Shown here: piece by piece, positions 21,700 through 33,049 of the stretch
How the letters are laid out: each line of letters opens with the position of its first letter
Position numbering within the stretch: position 1 is the first letter of the stretch
Assembly: GCF_006345805.1 (NCBI RefSeq)
Contig: NW_021832749.1
Coordinates: 1 to 33,049, forward strand
DNA: 33,049 nucleotides
Reading direction: 5' to 3'
From: Octopus sinensis
Lineage: Eukaryota
The notes under the pieces: generated by a model
What the model was told of the DNA's origin: nothing
Seen by the model: the letters and a program-made list of their open reading frames with translations, nothing else
Databases searched by the model: none
Position numbers and translations under genes: made by a program

Positions 21700-22340
21700 T
21701 GGCATGTGAAGTTGTATTGCCATGTGATGTGTTTTCATTTTGCAGTGTTTCTCTACCCTGTTCATCGATTTTCGTGATGGCTGAAACAAAGCATGCTTCC
21801 ATGAAATTCTGTTTTCTGCTGGGGAAAATGGCAGCTGAAACAGTTGTTATGCTTCACTTAGCTTACAAGGATACTATCATGAGCAAAACAAGTTTACGAG
21901 TGGTTTACACTCTTTAGGAATAGTCACTTGTTGCTTGAGGACCAACTGTGTTCAGGGTGATTGTCATTCTCCCAAACGAATGAAAATTCATGAACTGATC
22001 TTGGAGGAGTTAACTGAACAATTAATGAACATGTTGATATGAGTGGCTCCTGGCAATGAATTTTGAGTGAGGAATTATGAATTGCAGCAAAATTTGTGCC
22101 ACGCTTGCTCAAGGAAGAGCAAAAGCAGTCATGACTGAATGCATGTTATGAACTGAAAGAACAACTGGAAGTTGATCCGAACCTTTTTTTGAAGGTCATC
22201 GCTATGGAATTTTCAGATGTAGAAGAAGTGAAGAAAAAAGCAATGGCGGTATTATAAGGCATCACTTCACAAGACTTCCAGCACTGCTTCCAACAGTGGA
22301 AAACACTTCAAATGGAGAATACTTTGAAGGGGATACTTTG
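21700..22340 (+). mobile_element. Mariner relic with the catalytic domain deleted
   Basis: KFCFLLGKMAAET..MLHLAYKD HTH region, AAKFVPRLL motif, then a jump to FSDVEEVKKK...FQHCFQQW...GEYFEGD. Confidence 0.85.
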
Positions 22341-23115
22341 AAGTGTAAACATCTAAAATTAAGTGAATAAAATAACATTGCAAAATTCTGGTTTCTTTTG
22401 GGTATCATTGTAGGTGGTGCATCAGCAGCCATGGCATGCATAAGCTACCATGCAGAGGGTGCAGGCAGTATCTGACTGCCTGACTATTGGAACACAGCCC
22501 TTTCACAAGAAAATAACACACATTCAAATCTGATCAAGTGACAGCTGGGGCAAGGCACAACAGGTTGGCAATCAAGAATAATGGAGGTGACAGAAACATT
22601 CATCACCACAACCTGCTGTCCTAGGAACAGCTTCCTCTCTGCCACTTCTGGTTAAGACTGATTACCTTGTTCTTCACCTCATCCCAGGTCTTATTTACAT
22701 ATAACATCAACTACATGACATATGCATACACTCACAGAACCAACTCAATTGCAAAAATGTGCACACAACCACACACACACACCTTCTTTACTTCTCTTGT
22801 AAGTGATCACACATCTACACCCCGACATGTACATAGACATTTGACTACAGATAGACCTGAAGCATACCTGGAGGAAAGATGGCATGGCATAGATGAGGTT
22901 GTGAATAGTGATGAAATGACTTCAACAAACAAATGATAGATTGTTTAACAAACAAATTAAATAAATGATTGATTAGCTGGTTGCTTAGGTAACTAACCAA
23001 TTGACTAATGATAAATAAGCAAAATCATGTTTATTATTATTAGTATAATGACCCTTCCTAGATACAAGATTTATTTCAACACACAAGTACACATCAAGAA
23101 TTTTGCAAACCTAGT

Positions 23116-26100
23116 ATCATCATCATCATCATTTAACGTCCGTTCTCCATGCTGGCATGGGTTGGACGGTTCGACCGGGGATCTGGGAAGCCAGAAGGCT
23201 GCACCAGGCTCCAGTCTTATCTGGCAATGTTTCTACAGCTGGATGCCCTTCCTAACGCCAACCACTCCGTGAGTGTAGTGGGTGCTTTTTGCGTGCCACC
23301 TGCACAGGTGCCAGGTGAGGCTGGCAATGGCCACGGTCGGATTGGTGTATTTTATGTGCCACCGGCACGGAAGCCAGTCGAGGCGGTGCTGGCATCGGCC
23401 ACGAGTCGGATAGTGCTTTTTACGTACCACCAGACCAGGGATCCTGGTTGGTTCAATTCGCTTTCGCTTGCCCCAACATGTCTTCGCAAGCAAAGGGGGT
23501 TAGCATGGGTGCCTGTCGTCGGATGAGGTTCTATATCGACTTCGCTTGCCTCAACAGGTCTTTGTGTCCAAGGGAGGACAGGCATTCATAAGTGGGCTGG
23601 GCTCACTTGTCCTGCCTGGTCTTCTCACGTACAGAATATTTCCAAAGGTCTCGGTCGCTGGTCATTTCCTCAGTGAGGCCTAAAGTTCGAAAGTCGTGCT
23701 TCACCACCTCGTCCCAGGTTTTCCTGGGTCTACCTCTTCCACGGGTTCCCTCAACTGCTAGGGATTGGCACTTTCTCACACACCTATCTTCATCCATTCT
23801 CGCCACATGACCATACCAGCGCAATCGTCTCTCTTGCACACCACAACTGATGCTTCTTAGGTACAACATTTCTCTCAAGGTGCTAACGCTCTGTCAAGTA
23901 TGTACACTGACATTACACATCCATCGGAGCATACTGGCTTCATTCCTCACGAGCTTACGCATGTCCTCAGCAGTCACGGCCCATGTTTCACTGCCATGTA
24001 GCATGGCTGTTCGTACACACGCATCATACAGTCTGCCCTTTACTCTGAGCGAGAGGCCTTTAGTCACCAGCAGAGGTAAGAGCTCCCTAAACTTTGCCCA
24101 GGCTATTCTTATTCTAGCAGTTACACTTTCAGCGCACCCACCCCCACTACTGACTTGGTCACCTAGATAACGGAAGCTATCAACTACTTCTAGTTTTTCC
24201 CCCTGGAAAGTGACGTAAGTTGTTTTCTGCAGATTTTTGGAGGTTAATGCTCCCGAGCATCTGCCACATACAAAAACTATCTTCCCAGTTAGCCTACCTT
24301 TGACATTGCTGCACCTCTTATGTGTCCATAGCTTACACTGGGTACATCTTAAAGTTTCTACCTACACCTTTTCTACAGATCGAGCAGGGCCATCTTCCTG
24401 AAGACATTTGTGGATTGTCTACCTTCCTACTTATTAGTACTTTGGTTTTAGCTAGGTTGACTCTAAGGCCCCTCGATTCTAAACCCTCCTTCCACACCTG
24501 GAACTTCTCCAGTTCTGATAGTGACTCAGCAATAAGAGCAAGGTCGTCAGCATAGAGGAGCTCCCAGGGACAACCTGTCTTGAATTCCTCCGTAATTGCC
24601 TGGAGGACTATGATAAATAGGAGGGGGCTGAGTACTGAACCCTGGTGGACCCCAACCTCTACTTTGAATTCTTCTGTGTACATGTTGCCAACCCTAACCT
24701 TACTTACGGCATCTCTGTACATGGCTTGCACAGTCCTCACCAGCCATTCATCTATCCCTAGTTTCCTCATTGACCACCAAATAAGGGATCAGGGGACCCT
24801 ATCAAAAGCTTTCTCCATGTCACACGAAAGCCAGGTACATGGGGCTTATCTTTGGCTAGGTATTTCTCCTGCAGCTGCCTTACCAGGAATATAGCATCAG
24901 TGGTACTTTTCCCTGGCACGAACCCAAACTGCATCTCATCTAAACTAACTCTCTCTCTAATTAGTTGGGCTATGACCCTCTCCGTAACCTTCATTACTTG
25001 ATCCAACAGCTTGATACCTCTGTAATTATTTGTATCTAGGGCATCACCTTTATCTTTGTAGCAGTTGACTAGTATGCTGCTACACCAGTCATTGGGTATG
25101 ACTCCTTCGTGTATCACCTGGTTGACTATACGGGTGACTAGGTTATAGCCGACACTGCCAGATATTTTGAGCATCTCTGCAGTAATTCCTGATGGGCCTG
25201 GGGCTTTCCCTGTCTTCATGCTTCTAATTGCCTTAGCTACCACGGAACTATCAACTTGGATAGCTGGTCCCTCTGTTGGGTCAACATTCGGCAGACTCTC
25301 TTTATCCCATTCATTTTCTTTATTCAGCAACCTTTCATAGTGGCATCTCCAAACCTCTCTCTTTGCATCCTCATTTAGCGCAAGTGAACCATCATCCATG
25401 CGAACACACTTCTCTCCTACCACATCACGATTCTCTCTCACACACTGTCTTGCAACACGAAATACCTCAAGTCTTTCATCCTCACGGCTCAGAACATTGG
25501 CAAATTTTTTCTTATCTGCTTCCCCTCTGGCTAAATAAACCTGTCTCCTAGCTTCCCTTCTGGCTGTCTGATACAATTCCCTGCTACCACCGTTCTTCCA
25601 GTCCTTCCAAGCCTGTCTCTTTTGTCTAATAGCCCTGTCAACCACAGTGTTCCACCACCACGTTACTCTGGGTCGAGATGGTACTTTGCTCCATCCACAG
25701 ATCTGGTCAGTGGCTGTCAGCAGATTGTCCCGTAGAAATCTCCAGTTGCTTTCCACATTAAGCGAAGCTATATCCCCTTCTATTTCGTCAAAGGCTTCGA
25801 GTAGTATGTCTCTAAATCTCTGTCCATTTGCAGGATCTTTAAGCTTCCAGACCCTTCTCCTCCAAGCAGGTCTTCTTCTGGGCAACCATTTAGCTCTGAT
25901 CCTGAAGTCGCTAACTACTAATCTATGTTGAGGAGTACATTCTTCGCCTGGAAAGGTTTTGGCATTCATAAGCAGCCCTCTTTCCCTTTTTCTGGCAAGG
26001 ATGTAGTCAATCTGGCTAGTGTGTCTGCCAGAACGGTAGGTGACTAGGTGAGAGGTGGGTTTCCTGAAGTTGGTATTGCAGACCATAAGGTCATTTGCAT

Positions 26101-26387
26101 CGCAGAACTCCAGCAGCCTGGTTCCCTCCTCATTACGAGAGCCAAAACCGTAGCCTCCATGAACGCCATGGAAGCCCCCGACATGCCGTCCAACATGTCC
26201 ATTGAAATCACCTGCCAAGAAGAGAAGGTCACTGTCATTTGTCAACGAGGTAGTCCGCCATAGGGTGTCATAGAATTGGTCTTTTTGTCCTTCCGGTAGC
26301 CCTGGTTGAGGGGCATATGCCGAGATGATGGTAGCTGACCTATGGTGAAGCACTAATCTAATCTTAAGTACTCTATCACTTACTCTA
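23116..26387 (-). mobile_element. RTE LINE copy 3, near full length (5'-truncated in the endonuclease; a few frameshifts)
   Basis: 528-aa ORF 24767-26353, continued in 24333-24770 (LLYADD) and 23603-23878 (RLRWYGHVARM...GRGRPRKTW). 3' UTR and (atc)n tail at 23116. Confidence 0.96.
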
Positions 26388-26389
26388 TC

Positions 26390-26510
26390 ATTTACAAGGA
26401 TGAAAAGTAAAGTTGACTTTAGCAGGATTTGAATTCAGAACATGAAGGAGTATAACTTAATGTGAAAACATTTTGCCTGATTTTCTGATGATTCTGCTAT
26501 CCACTGCTCA
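26390..26510 (-). mobile_element. 5' fragment of the second SINE family abutting RTE copy 3
   Basis: aaggatgaaaagtaaagttgac...gatttgaattcagaac...cattttgcc...gatgattctgc matches 21320-21420. Confidence 0.65.
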
Positions 26511-27149
26511 GACATGCAAGTAACCAAAGATCTGCCTCCACAGAACAGCTCTCTTAGAAATAGTGCTTTATCTATGAATGGCTTCTAAAGACATGATGTT
26601 AGTTAACATAAAGAAAAAAAAACATAAACCAATATTTGATATCCATACTGTGTATAATACTTCAAGTGTATGTATATTAACAGAATAATACATATGGTTG
26701 TATGTTAAAAGGGAGAGAAATGGACATTTGAATAAACTTCTATTCAAAGCAATAATGAATCTTTTGATAAAGGAGCAAAATTACAGGTATATAACCAGTA
26801 TTTAATTAATGCTAAGAATGAAAGATCAAGACAACTCTGAATGGATTAAGACAGCAAAGGTAAAAAATAAAACATTCTGTCTACTGCTTCACTATTTCTA
26901 TCCCTCCACTACCTGACCATTCAGTCCACTGCTTTAGTAATAAAGAGCATTTTCACACAGAGGCACTAAACTAATTTTTTTATTAACATAAGGTGGTGCT
27001 CCAGCATGGCCGCAGTCAAATGACTGAAACAAGTAAAGGAGAAGAATAACCTTGATACACAAACTTTGTGAGAAGGATGAGACAATCAAAACTAACCATA
27101 AGTTAAATAACAAAAATATAAAAATATGTAAATAAAAATGCAACAACAA

Positions 27150-29230
27150 ATCATCATCATTTAATGTCTGCTTTCCATGCTGGCATGGGTCGGATGGTTC
27201 GACAGTAGCTGCACCAGACTTCTGTGTCTGTTTGTCAGGGTTTTATGGCTGGATGCCTTCACTAAAACCAACCACCCCACAGAGTGGGCTGAGTGCTTTT
27301 TATGTAGCACTAGCACATGTGAGGTCAGTTTTGGCATGGCTTTTACAGCTGGATGCCCTTTCAAATGCCAACCAATTTACAGTGTGGACTACATGCTTTT
27401 TATGAGGCACCAACACAGGCAATGTCACTAAGTAACTTGCTAGACAAACAATCTTTGAGAAGGGAGGGGTCATTAGAAGAGGTGATCTTGTGACAGATGA
27501 TGAAAGGTTAGAGAATGATAGAGAGACAGAAACAAGTGTCTTGCAGTAGAAAAAGTACATGGTTAACTGGAGAGAGAGAGAGAGAGAGAGAGTGAAAGAG
27601 AGAGAGAGGAAAGGTTAGAGTATGACAGAAAGACAGAAATAGGTGTGAGGAGGTACATAGTTACCCAGCCAAAGAGAGAGAGAGAATTAACAAGAAAGAG
27701 GGCAGAAACAGATGTGCTACTGTAAAGGAGATACATGGTTACCCAGCCCGAGGGAAGAGCAAGGGGAAAAAGAGAGTGATCAAGAAGGGGGCAGAAAAAG
27801 ATGTGCTGCTGTAGAGGAGCACAGCTAGTTACCCAGCTAGAAGGAAGAGCAAGGGAAAGAGAGAGAAGGTGGAAGACAGCAAGAGTACAAGAGAGAGATG
27901 GTGATAAAGTGACAGGGTATACTCACAAGGAACAAGGATCAGAGCATAGAGGGGATGGTAGAGTAAGGAAGTGAACACAGGATTGGAGTGGGAGATAATC
28001 ATAGTATATGATGGAGAAATGTGAGGAAGAGGAGATGTAGTTTGGTTTGTGTGAAAATTTTATTATGTGTGGGTGGAACCCACAGCGCTTCAGGAAATCA
28101 GTTACATTGATGTGAGCAGATCTTCTTTGGAATCTCATATTGCCAGCCATCTCAGACCATTGTCATTTCTTCCATGAGGCCCAACATCCTCAGATTGGTC
28201 CTCACCATTTCACCCCAGGTCTTCCTCTTCCACAGGTACCATTCACTTTCAGAGACTGGTACTTCTTTTTACAGCCATCTTCATTCATACACATCACATG
28301 TCCAAACCAATGTAGTTTCCTCTCTTGCACTCTGCATTTGATACCTTTTATACCCAACTTTTCTCTCAACACATTTGTGCTTTGTCATTTATGCACACTG
28401 ATGTTGCACATCCGGCAGATCATACTGCCTTTGTTCCTATAGTTAACACGTCCTCTGCATTCAGAGCCCACACCTCACTACCATAGAGAATAGCCATTCA
28501 TATACAAGCATTATACAATCTACCTTTCACTCTGGGAGAGAGTTCTTTCATTGCCAACAGAGTAAAAGCTCTCTAAACTTCCTCCATCCTATTGCTATTC
28601 TAGAAACAATACTTTCAAAATGTCCTTTACTCCTGCTAATTTGGTCACCTACATAAACTATCTACTACCTCAAGAGAGCTTCCTGGGCATTTGAGAGAAT
28701 CTAAGTCCTGTATGCTTGTTCTTGCATATCTGCCACACATGAAGGTGACTTTATCTGTTACTCTACCTGTGATTCCACTTTATCACAATGTCCATAGCTT
28801 ACACTGGGTGCAGCAAATGGAATTACTTCCAACTCCTATCCTATATATTGAGCCTGACAGAAAGAGAGTCTTATCTGTTTTCTTGCTAACAACTTTGGTC
28901 TTTTCTAGGTTAACTTTGATTCCAGGTTTTGCTTTCATCCAATTCTGCTACAGATTCTGCAATAAGAATGAGGTCATCAGTATATAGTAGTTCCCATGGA
29001 CATCCAATTTTGAACACTCTGTTATGACCTGAGAACTGCACACTAAATTCATCACTGTCTTTATGGCTGACTCTCACCTTACTATTGACAGCACCACTGT
29101 ACATGGCTTGTACAGCTCTAACAAGCCACTTCTCTACTCCTAACTTTCTTAAAGATCACCAGATAACAGCGGGGGACTGTCAAAAGCTTTCTCCAGGTTG
29201 ATGAAAGCTAAGTACAATATTTTGGCCAAA
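27150..29230 (-). mobile_element. Old, decayed RTE LINE: RT C-terminal half plus an expanded GA-rich 3' region and tail
   Basis: GCPWELLYTDDL (28910-29104) and reverse-complement similarity to 23600-24800. Four degenerate ~90-bp units at 27520-27870. Tail tcatcatcattt at 27150. Confidence 0.85.
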
Positions 29231-29427
29231 AAATAAAACTAAAGCCATTAGTGTTTATGTTAAGTGGAAAACAACTGTTAGTAATGAACTAACTAACTAA
29301 AAATATCAGATTTGATGGTTAAAGAACTAGTCCTGTACTGTGAAAGTGAATGAGAATATTTTGTAATATACAAATAATGGATAAAAAATATATAAAAAAG
29401 ACAAAGAGAAAATATGAAACTACTTAC

Positions 29428-29552
29428 CTTACTAACAAGACATGGTATATTCATAGAATTTGTAGCAAAACCCATAGGGAAAGTAATAGCTTCCTCAACT
29501 CCTAAAAAATCTGCCACAGTTTGATCCAGTTCCATATGGATATCAAGTAAAC
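29428..29552 (-). CDS. SPTLC2: Serine palmitoyltransferase LCB2-type subunit, internal exon A (125 nt)
   Basis: Bounded by ctgcag| and AAG|gtaagta. Encodes (G)[41 protein letters not shown]; MGFATNS is an SPT2 motif. Phase 1 in, phase 0 out. Confidence 0.95.
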
Positions 29553-30994
29553 CTGCAGCAAATAGTGAATTCACAAATGTCATCAAGTTTTCTCTCACTA
29601 TTTGATATATTTTTTTAATATGTGAATCAAATATTTCACAATCTATAGCTAAAGGCTTTTGTGGAAGGGATGGTTTCATCAATAGCCATTGGTTCAAAAG
29701 ATTTAGGCAGTTTTTTAAGGGTGTATTTTGGGAGATTTGGTTGCAAATTCTAAAAGGTTTAACAACAATACAGAAACTCCCTCATTGGTTTGTACAAGGG
29801 TTTGTTTCAAGATGCATGTAAGTACAGATGTGCAATGTTCATTTTGTGCATAAGTGCCACCAGTTAATTTTATAAGGGCTATGTTATGAATGGAAACAAG
29901 ACTAAAATATTAGAGATGAAAAGCACTGCTAGTCGAGTCAGTAGGGCTCTAGACAATGTAATGAGTGGTTACTAAAAGATAAATTCATCACTTGTGTTGT
30001 CTATAGACAAGGTACTTACCTCACAACAGTATTCTAGTCCATCTAGTTCTAAACAGGTGTTACAGATTGTTAGGTAAAGGCAGAACTGATCAGACAAAAA
30101 TTAGGCCAGTGTTTGCCTTTTTATATCAACACTGAGTTATTTAACAATAGGTCAGCCCTGATTCAACAGGATAAAAAAATATAACCATCCTGTCCTTTTT
30201 TGAATATAATATTTAGCACTACACAGTGGAAAGTGTCTTTTAATTTTGAAAAAAAGAAGGGTGTGATTTGACTATGTGATTAGGCTGCTTGTTACTGGTG
30301 CTGCTCAATTTTCCAGATAAGAGCAGGAACAATAGCATTTCATGAGTTTAGATAGAACAACATCTAGCACCATCTAAATATTCAATATCTTGCCAATGTG
30401 ATGATGACAGGTCATAATTGATATGTACTTACAAACATGCCTTGTATTTGACAAGTGTAGATGAATAGACAAAAACTAATTTTTATTCTATCTTACATAA
30501 AGAATCACTAGAGTCAGACTGAAGTGGCTACATGCCAATCTGATATTATTTTCAGTTATTTGACATTCCACAAAAATATGTTGGTAAATGCAAAATAATG
30601 TCAGAAATGTTACAGAACACTATTTCTATTAACAGACAGACATCATTCAGCTTGAATGGTGAGAAATTCCAAACTATCTTATAAATTAACAAACTTTTAG
30701 TGAAACACCAATTTTAGTTACTGTACAAGGACAAAAAGATGCTTTAGAAAGAAGGCATTTACATAGGCATAAATTAACTGATAACCAAGTTCTGAAAGTA
30801 CTAAAAATACTTGTAATATAACAAAAAGAATATTAGCTTAGATAAGATGCAGTTTGGGATTTTACTTGAGTATCAGTGATACTATCTATCACAAAAGGCA
30901 ATAATATTTCTTAGCAAAGAGCAAGACACCTTATCAAATATTCACTGACTGACTTGGATAAGGACTTTTGAGAGAATATATATATATATATATA

Positions 30995-31380
30995 GGCGCA
31001 GGAGTGGCTGTGTGGTAAGTAGCTTGCTAACCAACCACATGGTTCTGGGTTCAGTCCCACTGCGTGGCATCTTGCGCAAGTGTCTTCTGTTATAGCCCCG
31101 GGCCGACCAATACCTTGTGAGTGGATTTGGTAGATGGAAACTGAAAGAAGCCTGTCGTATATATGTATATATATATATATATATATATGTGTATGTGTTT
31201 GTGTGCCTGTGTTTGTCCCCCTAGCATTGCTTGACAACCGATGCTGGTGTGTTTACGTCCCCGTCACTTAGCGGTTCGGCAAAAGAACATGCTGAGAACA
31301 GACTTTAAATCATCGATTTGCTCGACTAAAGGCGGTGCTCCAGCATGGCCGCAGTCAAATGACTGAAACAAGTAAAAGAG
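30995..31380 (+). mobile_element. tRNA-type SINE, well preserved, with a short internal replacement
   Basis: ggcgcaggagtggctgtgtggtaag head, gggttcagtccc B-box-like motif, internal (TA)n, and tail ggcggtgctccagcatggccgcagtcaaatgactgaaac. Confidence 0.9.
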
Positions 31381-31399
31381 ATATACTCTAAGAAAACCA

Positions 31400-32200
31400 A
31401 GTTCAGAGGAATGGTTTAAGCCAGATACAGAAATGCTGTCAGTAAGGTGAGAGCAACACCAAGAAGATGACAGTACTGAGTGTTTGAGACTATGTACTTA
31501 AGACCTAACCTGTTCAAAAGCACACCAGGCAGATCACACCACAGAAAATTTTGGATACTGTTTGAGGAAGATCCAGTTGGTTTCCTTGAATGTTCTAAGC
31601 CAGGATGAGTGTTGGGTTTATCACTTTGAACCAGAGTCAAATAAGCAATCCATGTAGTGGCACCTCTTCCTCATCTGCTCCAAACAAAACCAGGTTGTTC
31701 CATTAGCTGGGTAGGTGATGGCCTCGATTTTTTGGGATGCAAAAGGCATTGTGTTAATTGATTATCTTGAAAAGAACCACTGGAGAGTACAATGCCAACT
31801 TGCTGAGGAAGTTGCAAAAGGCTATCAAGACCAACTGCCCATTAAAACTGATGAAAGGGTCTTGTTTCCTAAGGACAATGCTCTAGCATACAAGTCCTAG
31901 ATTTCAATGGCTGCTGTGTGTGACTGTGGCTTTGAATTGGTTTCTGAGACTCCTGATTCCCTTGATTTAACGCCATCCGACTTTCATCAGTTCCCCAACA
32001 AGAGAAACACTTAGCTGGGAACAAGTACTGCAGTGAAGATGACATATCTGTTGTTGATGATTTTTTGGCCAATTGGATGAAAGCTTCTTCACCAATGGGA
32101 TCTAAGCACTGCAACACCAATGAAAGAAGTGTGCGGGCTGCAAGTGGGACTATGTTGAAAAATAAACTTCATTTGGTCTAATTCCAAGAGAGCATCTCAG
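31400..32200 (+). mobile_element. Decayed mariner (DD34D-type) transposase relic
   Basis: QDECWVYHFEPES, MASIFWDAKGIVLIDYLEK, KDNA, DSLDLTPSDFHQFP...DYVEK*, with many frameshifts. Confidence 0.88.
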
Positions 32201-32319
32201 TCAGCTGAAGTTTTTACCCAAACATTATATATCGCATTTCACTTATATATGTGTATATATACATATAAATATTCATATGTGTGTGTGTCTGTGTGTACAC
32301 ACACACACACACATACAAC

Positions 32320-32662
32320 TTATAAACAGGGGCAAAAGAAAAATGATTTCTATGCTAATATGCTGAGAACAGACTTTAAATCATCAATTTCCACATTTCA
32401 TTTTACATTCACTATAATTACATGTGCTGAAATCTAGGAAAGCTAGCTAACAGAATTTAAAAAAAAAGTTTGTTATTTCTATATTGAATCAACTAATTCA
32501 ATATAGAAATAATGAACTTTTTTAAAAAGTTCTGTTAGCTAGCTTTCCTCGATTTCACGTGTATTTACAGTGAATGTAAAATGAAATGTGGAAATTGACG
32601 ATTTAAAGTCTGTTCTCAGTATATTAGCATAGAAATAATTTTTCTTTTGCCCTTGTTTATAA
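32320..32662. mobile_element. Foldback/MITE-like palindrome: ~170-bp arms and a 6-nt loop
   Basis: 32320-32489 pairs with 32496-32662 at about 90%. The loop is caacta and the ends are TA-rich. Confidence 0.9.
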
Positions 32663-32759
32663 TTTTAACCTTTAAAGGTATTTTAATATGCTGCCACTTT
32701 TGAGGAATTTTTTCATCAAAAAATTTTTATCCTATATTAGTAGTGTGTGTATATATATA

Positions 32760-33009
32760 TATCATCATCATCATCGTTTAAAGTCTGCTTTCCATGCTAG
32801 CATGAGTTGGACGGTTCAACTGGGGTCTGGGAAGCCAGAAGGCTGCACCAGGCCCAGTCTGATCTGGCAGTGTTTCTACAGCTGGATGCCCTTCCTAATG
32901 CCAACCATTCTGTGAGTGTAGTGGGTGCTTTTTACGTACCACCGGCATGGAGACCAGACGAAGCTGGCAACGGCCACGGTCGGATGGTGCTTTTTACGTG
33001 CCACTGGCA
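32760..33009 (-). mobile_element. RTE 3'-UTR/tail fragment
   Basis: (atc)n tail followed by the reverse complement of the 3' UTR of copies 1 and 3. Confidence 0.88.
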
Positions 33010-33049
33010 CTGATATCACAGCTACAAATTCCATTGACGTTGATAGATT

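Noticed and set aside
22410-22700. GC-richer segment after the mariner relic
   Set aside because: It has no recognisable motif, repeat partner or splice pattern. It is probably an old TE relic but cannot be supported as a feature.
23116-26400. Target-site duplications for RTE copies 1-3
   Set aside because: No convincing direct repeats were found at the flanks. The tcattta near both ends of copy 3 overlaps its simple-repeat tail.
29293-29697. ORF-track 134-aa protein as a complete CDS
   Set aside because: Only 29428-29552 is exonic. The flanks are intron read-through. The same applies to ORF 9259-9678 beyond 9460.

Overview
This is AT-rich animal genomic DNA. The repeat families resemble those I associate with Octopus/coleoid cephalopods, but that assignment comes from recognition and was not checked against a database. 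The window lies inside one large minus-strand gene for the catalytic LCB2/SPTLC2-type subunit of serine palmitoyltransferase. Six consecutive GT-AG coding exons (125, 94, 106, 220, 127 and 136 nt; 808 nt in total) splice into one open frame containing the PLP-lysine motif GTFTKSF. The flanking exons were not found and probably lie outside the window. The introns are packed with transposon relics: three young RTE-clade LINE copies and two older ones, RTE 3'-tail fragments, tRNA-type SINEs, a deleted piggyBac with TTAA duplication, three Tc1/mariner relics, a Gypsy integrase fragment, MITE/foldback elements and microsatellites. The most unusual features are: (1) a diverged unit-repeat family present as 1.2 to ~2.4 tandem units beside the 5' ends of two RTE copies, suggestive of copying from a circular template; (2) a three-level nested insertion; (3) many local templated or inverted duplications; (4) long inverted repeats in the pre-mRNA, including a pair bracketing a phase-symmetric 483-nt exon block; (5) Ala at the position of human SPTLC2 G382. 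No prokaryotic systems, CRISPR arrays or RNA genes are supported.
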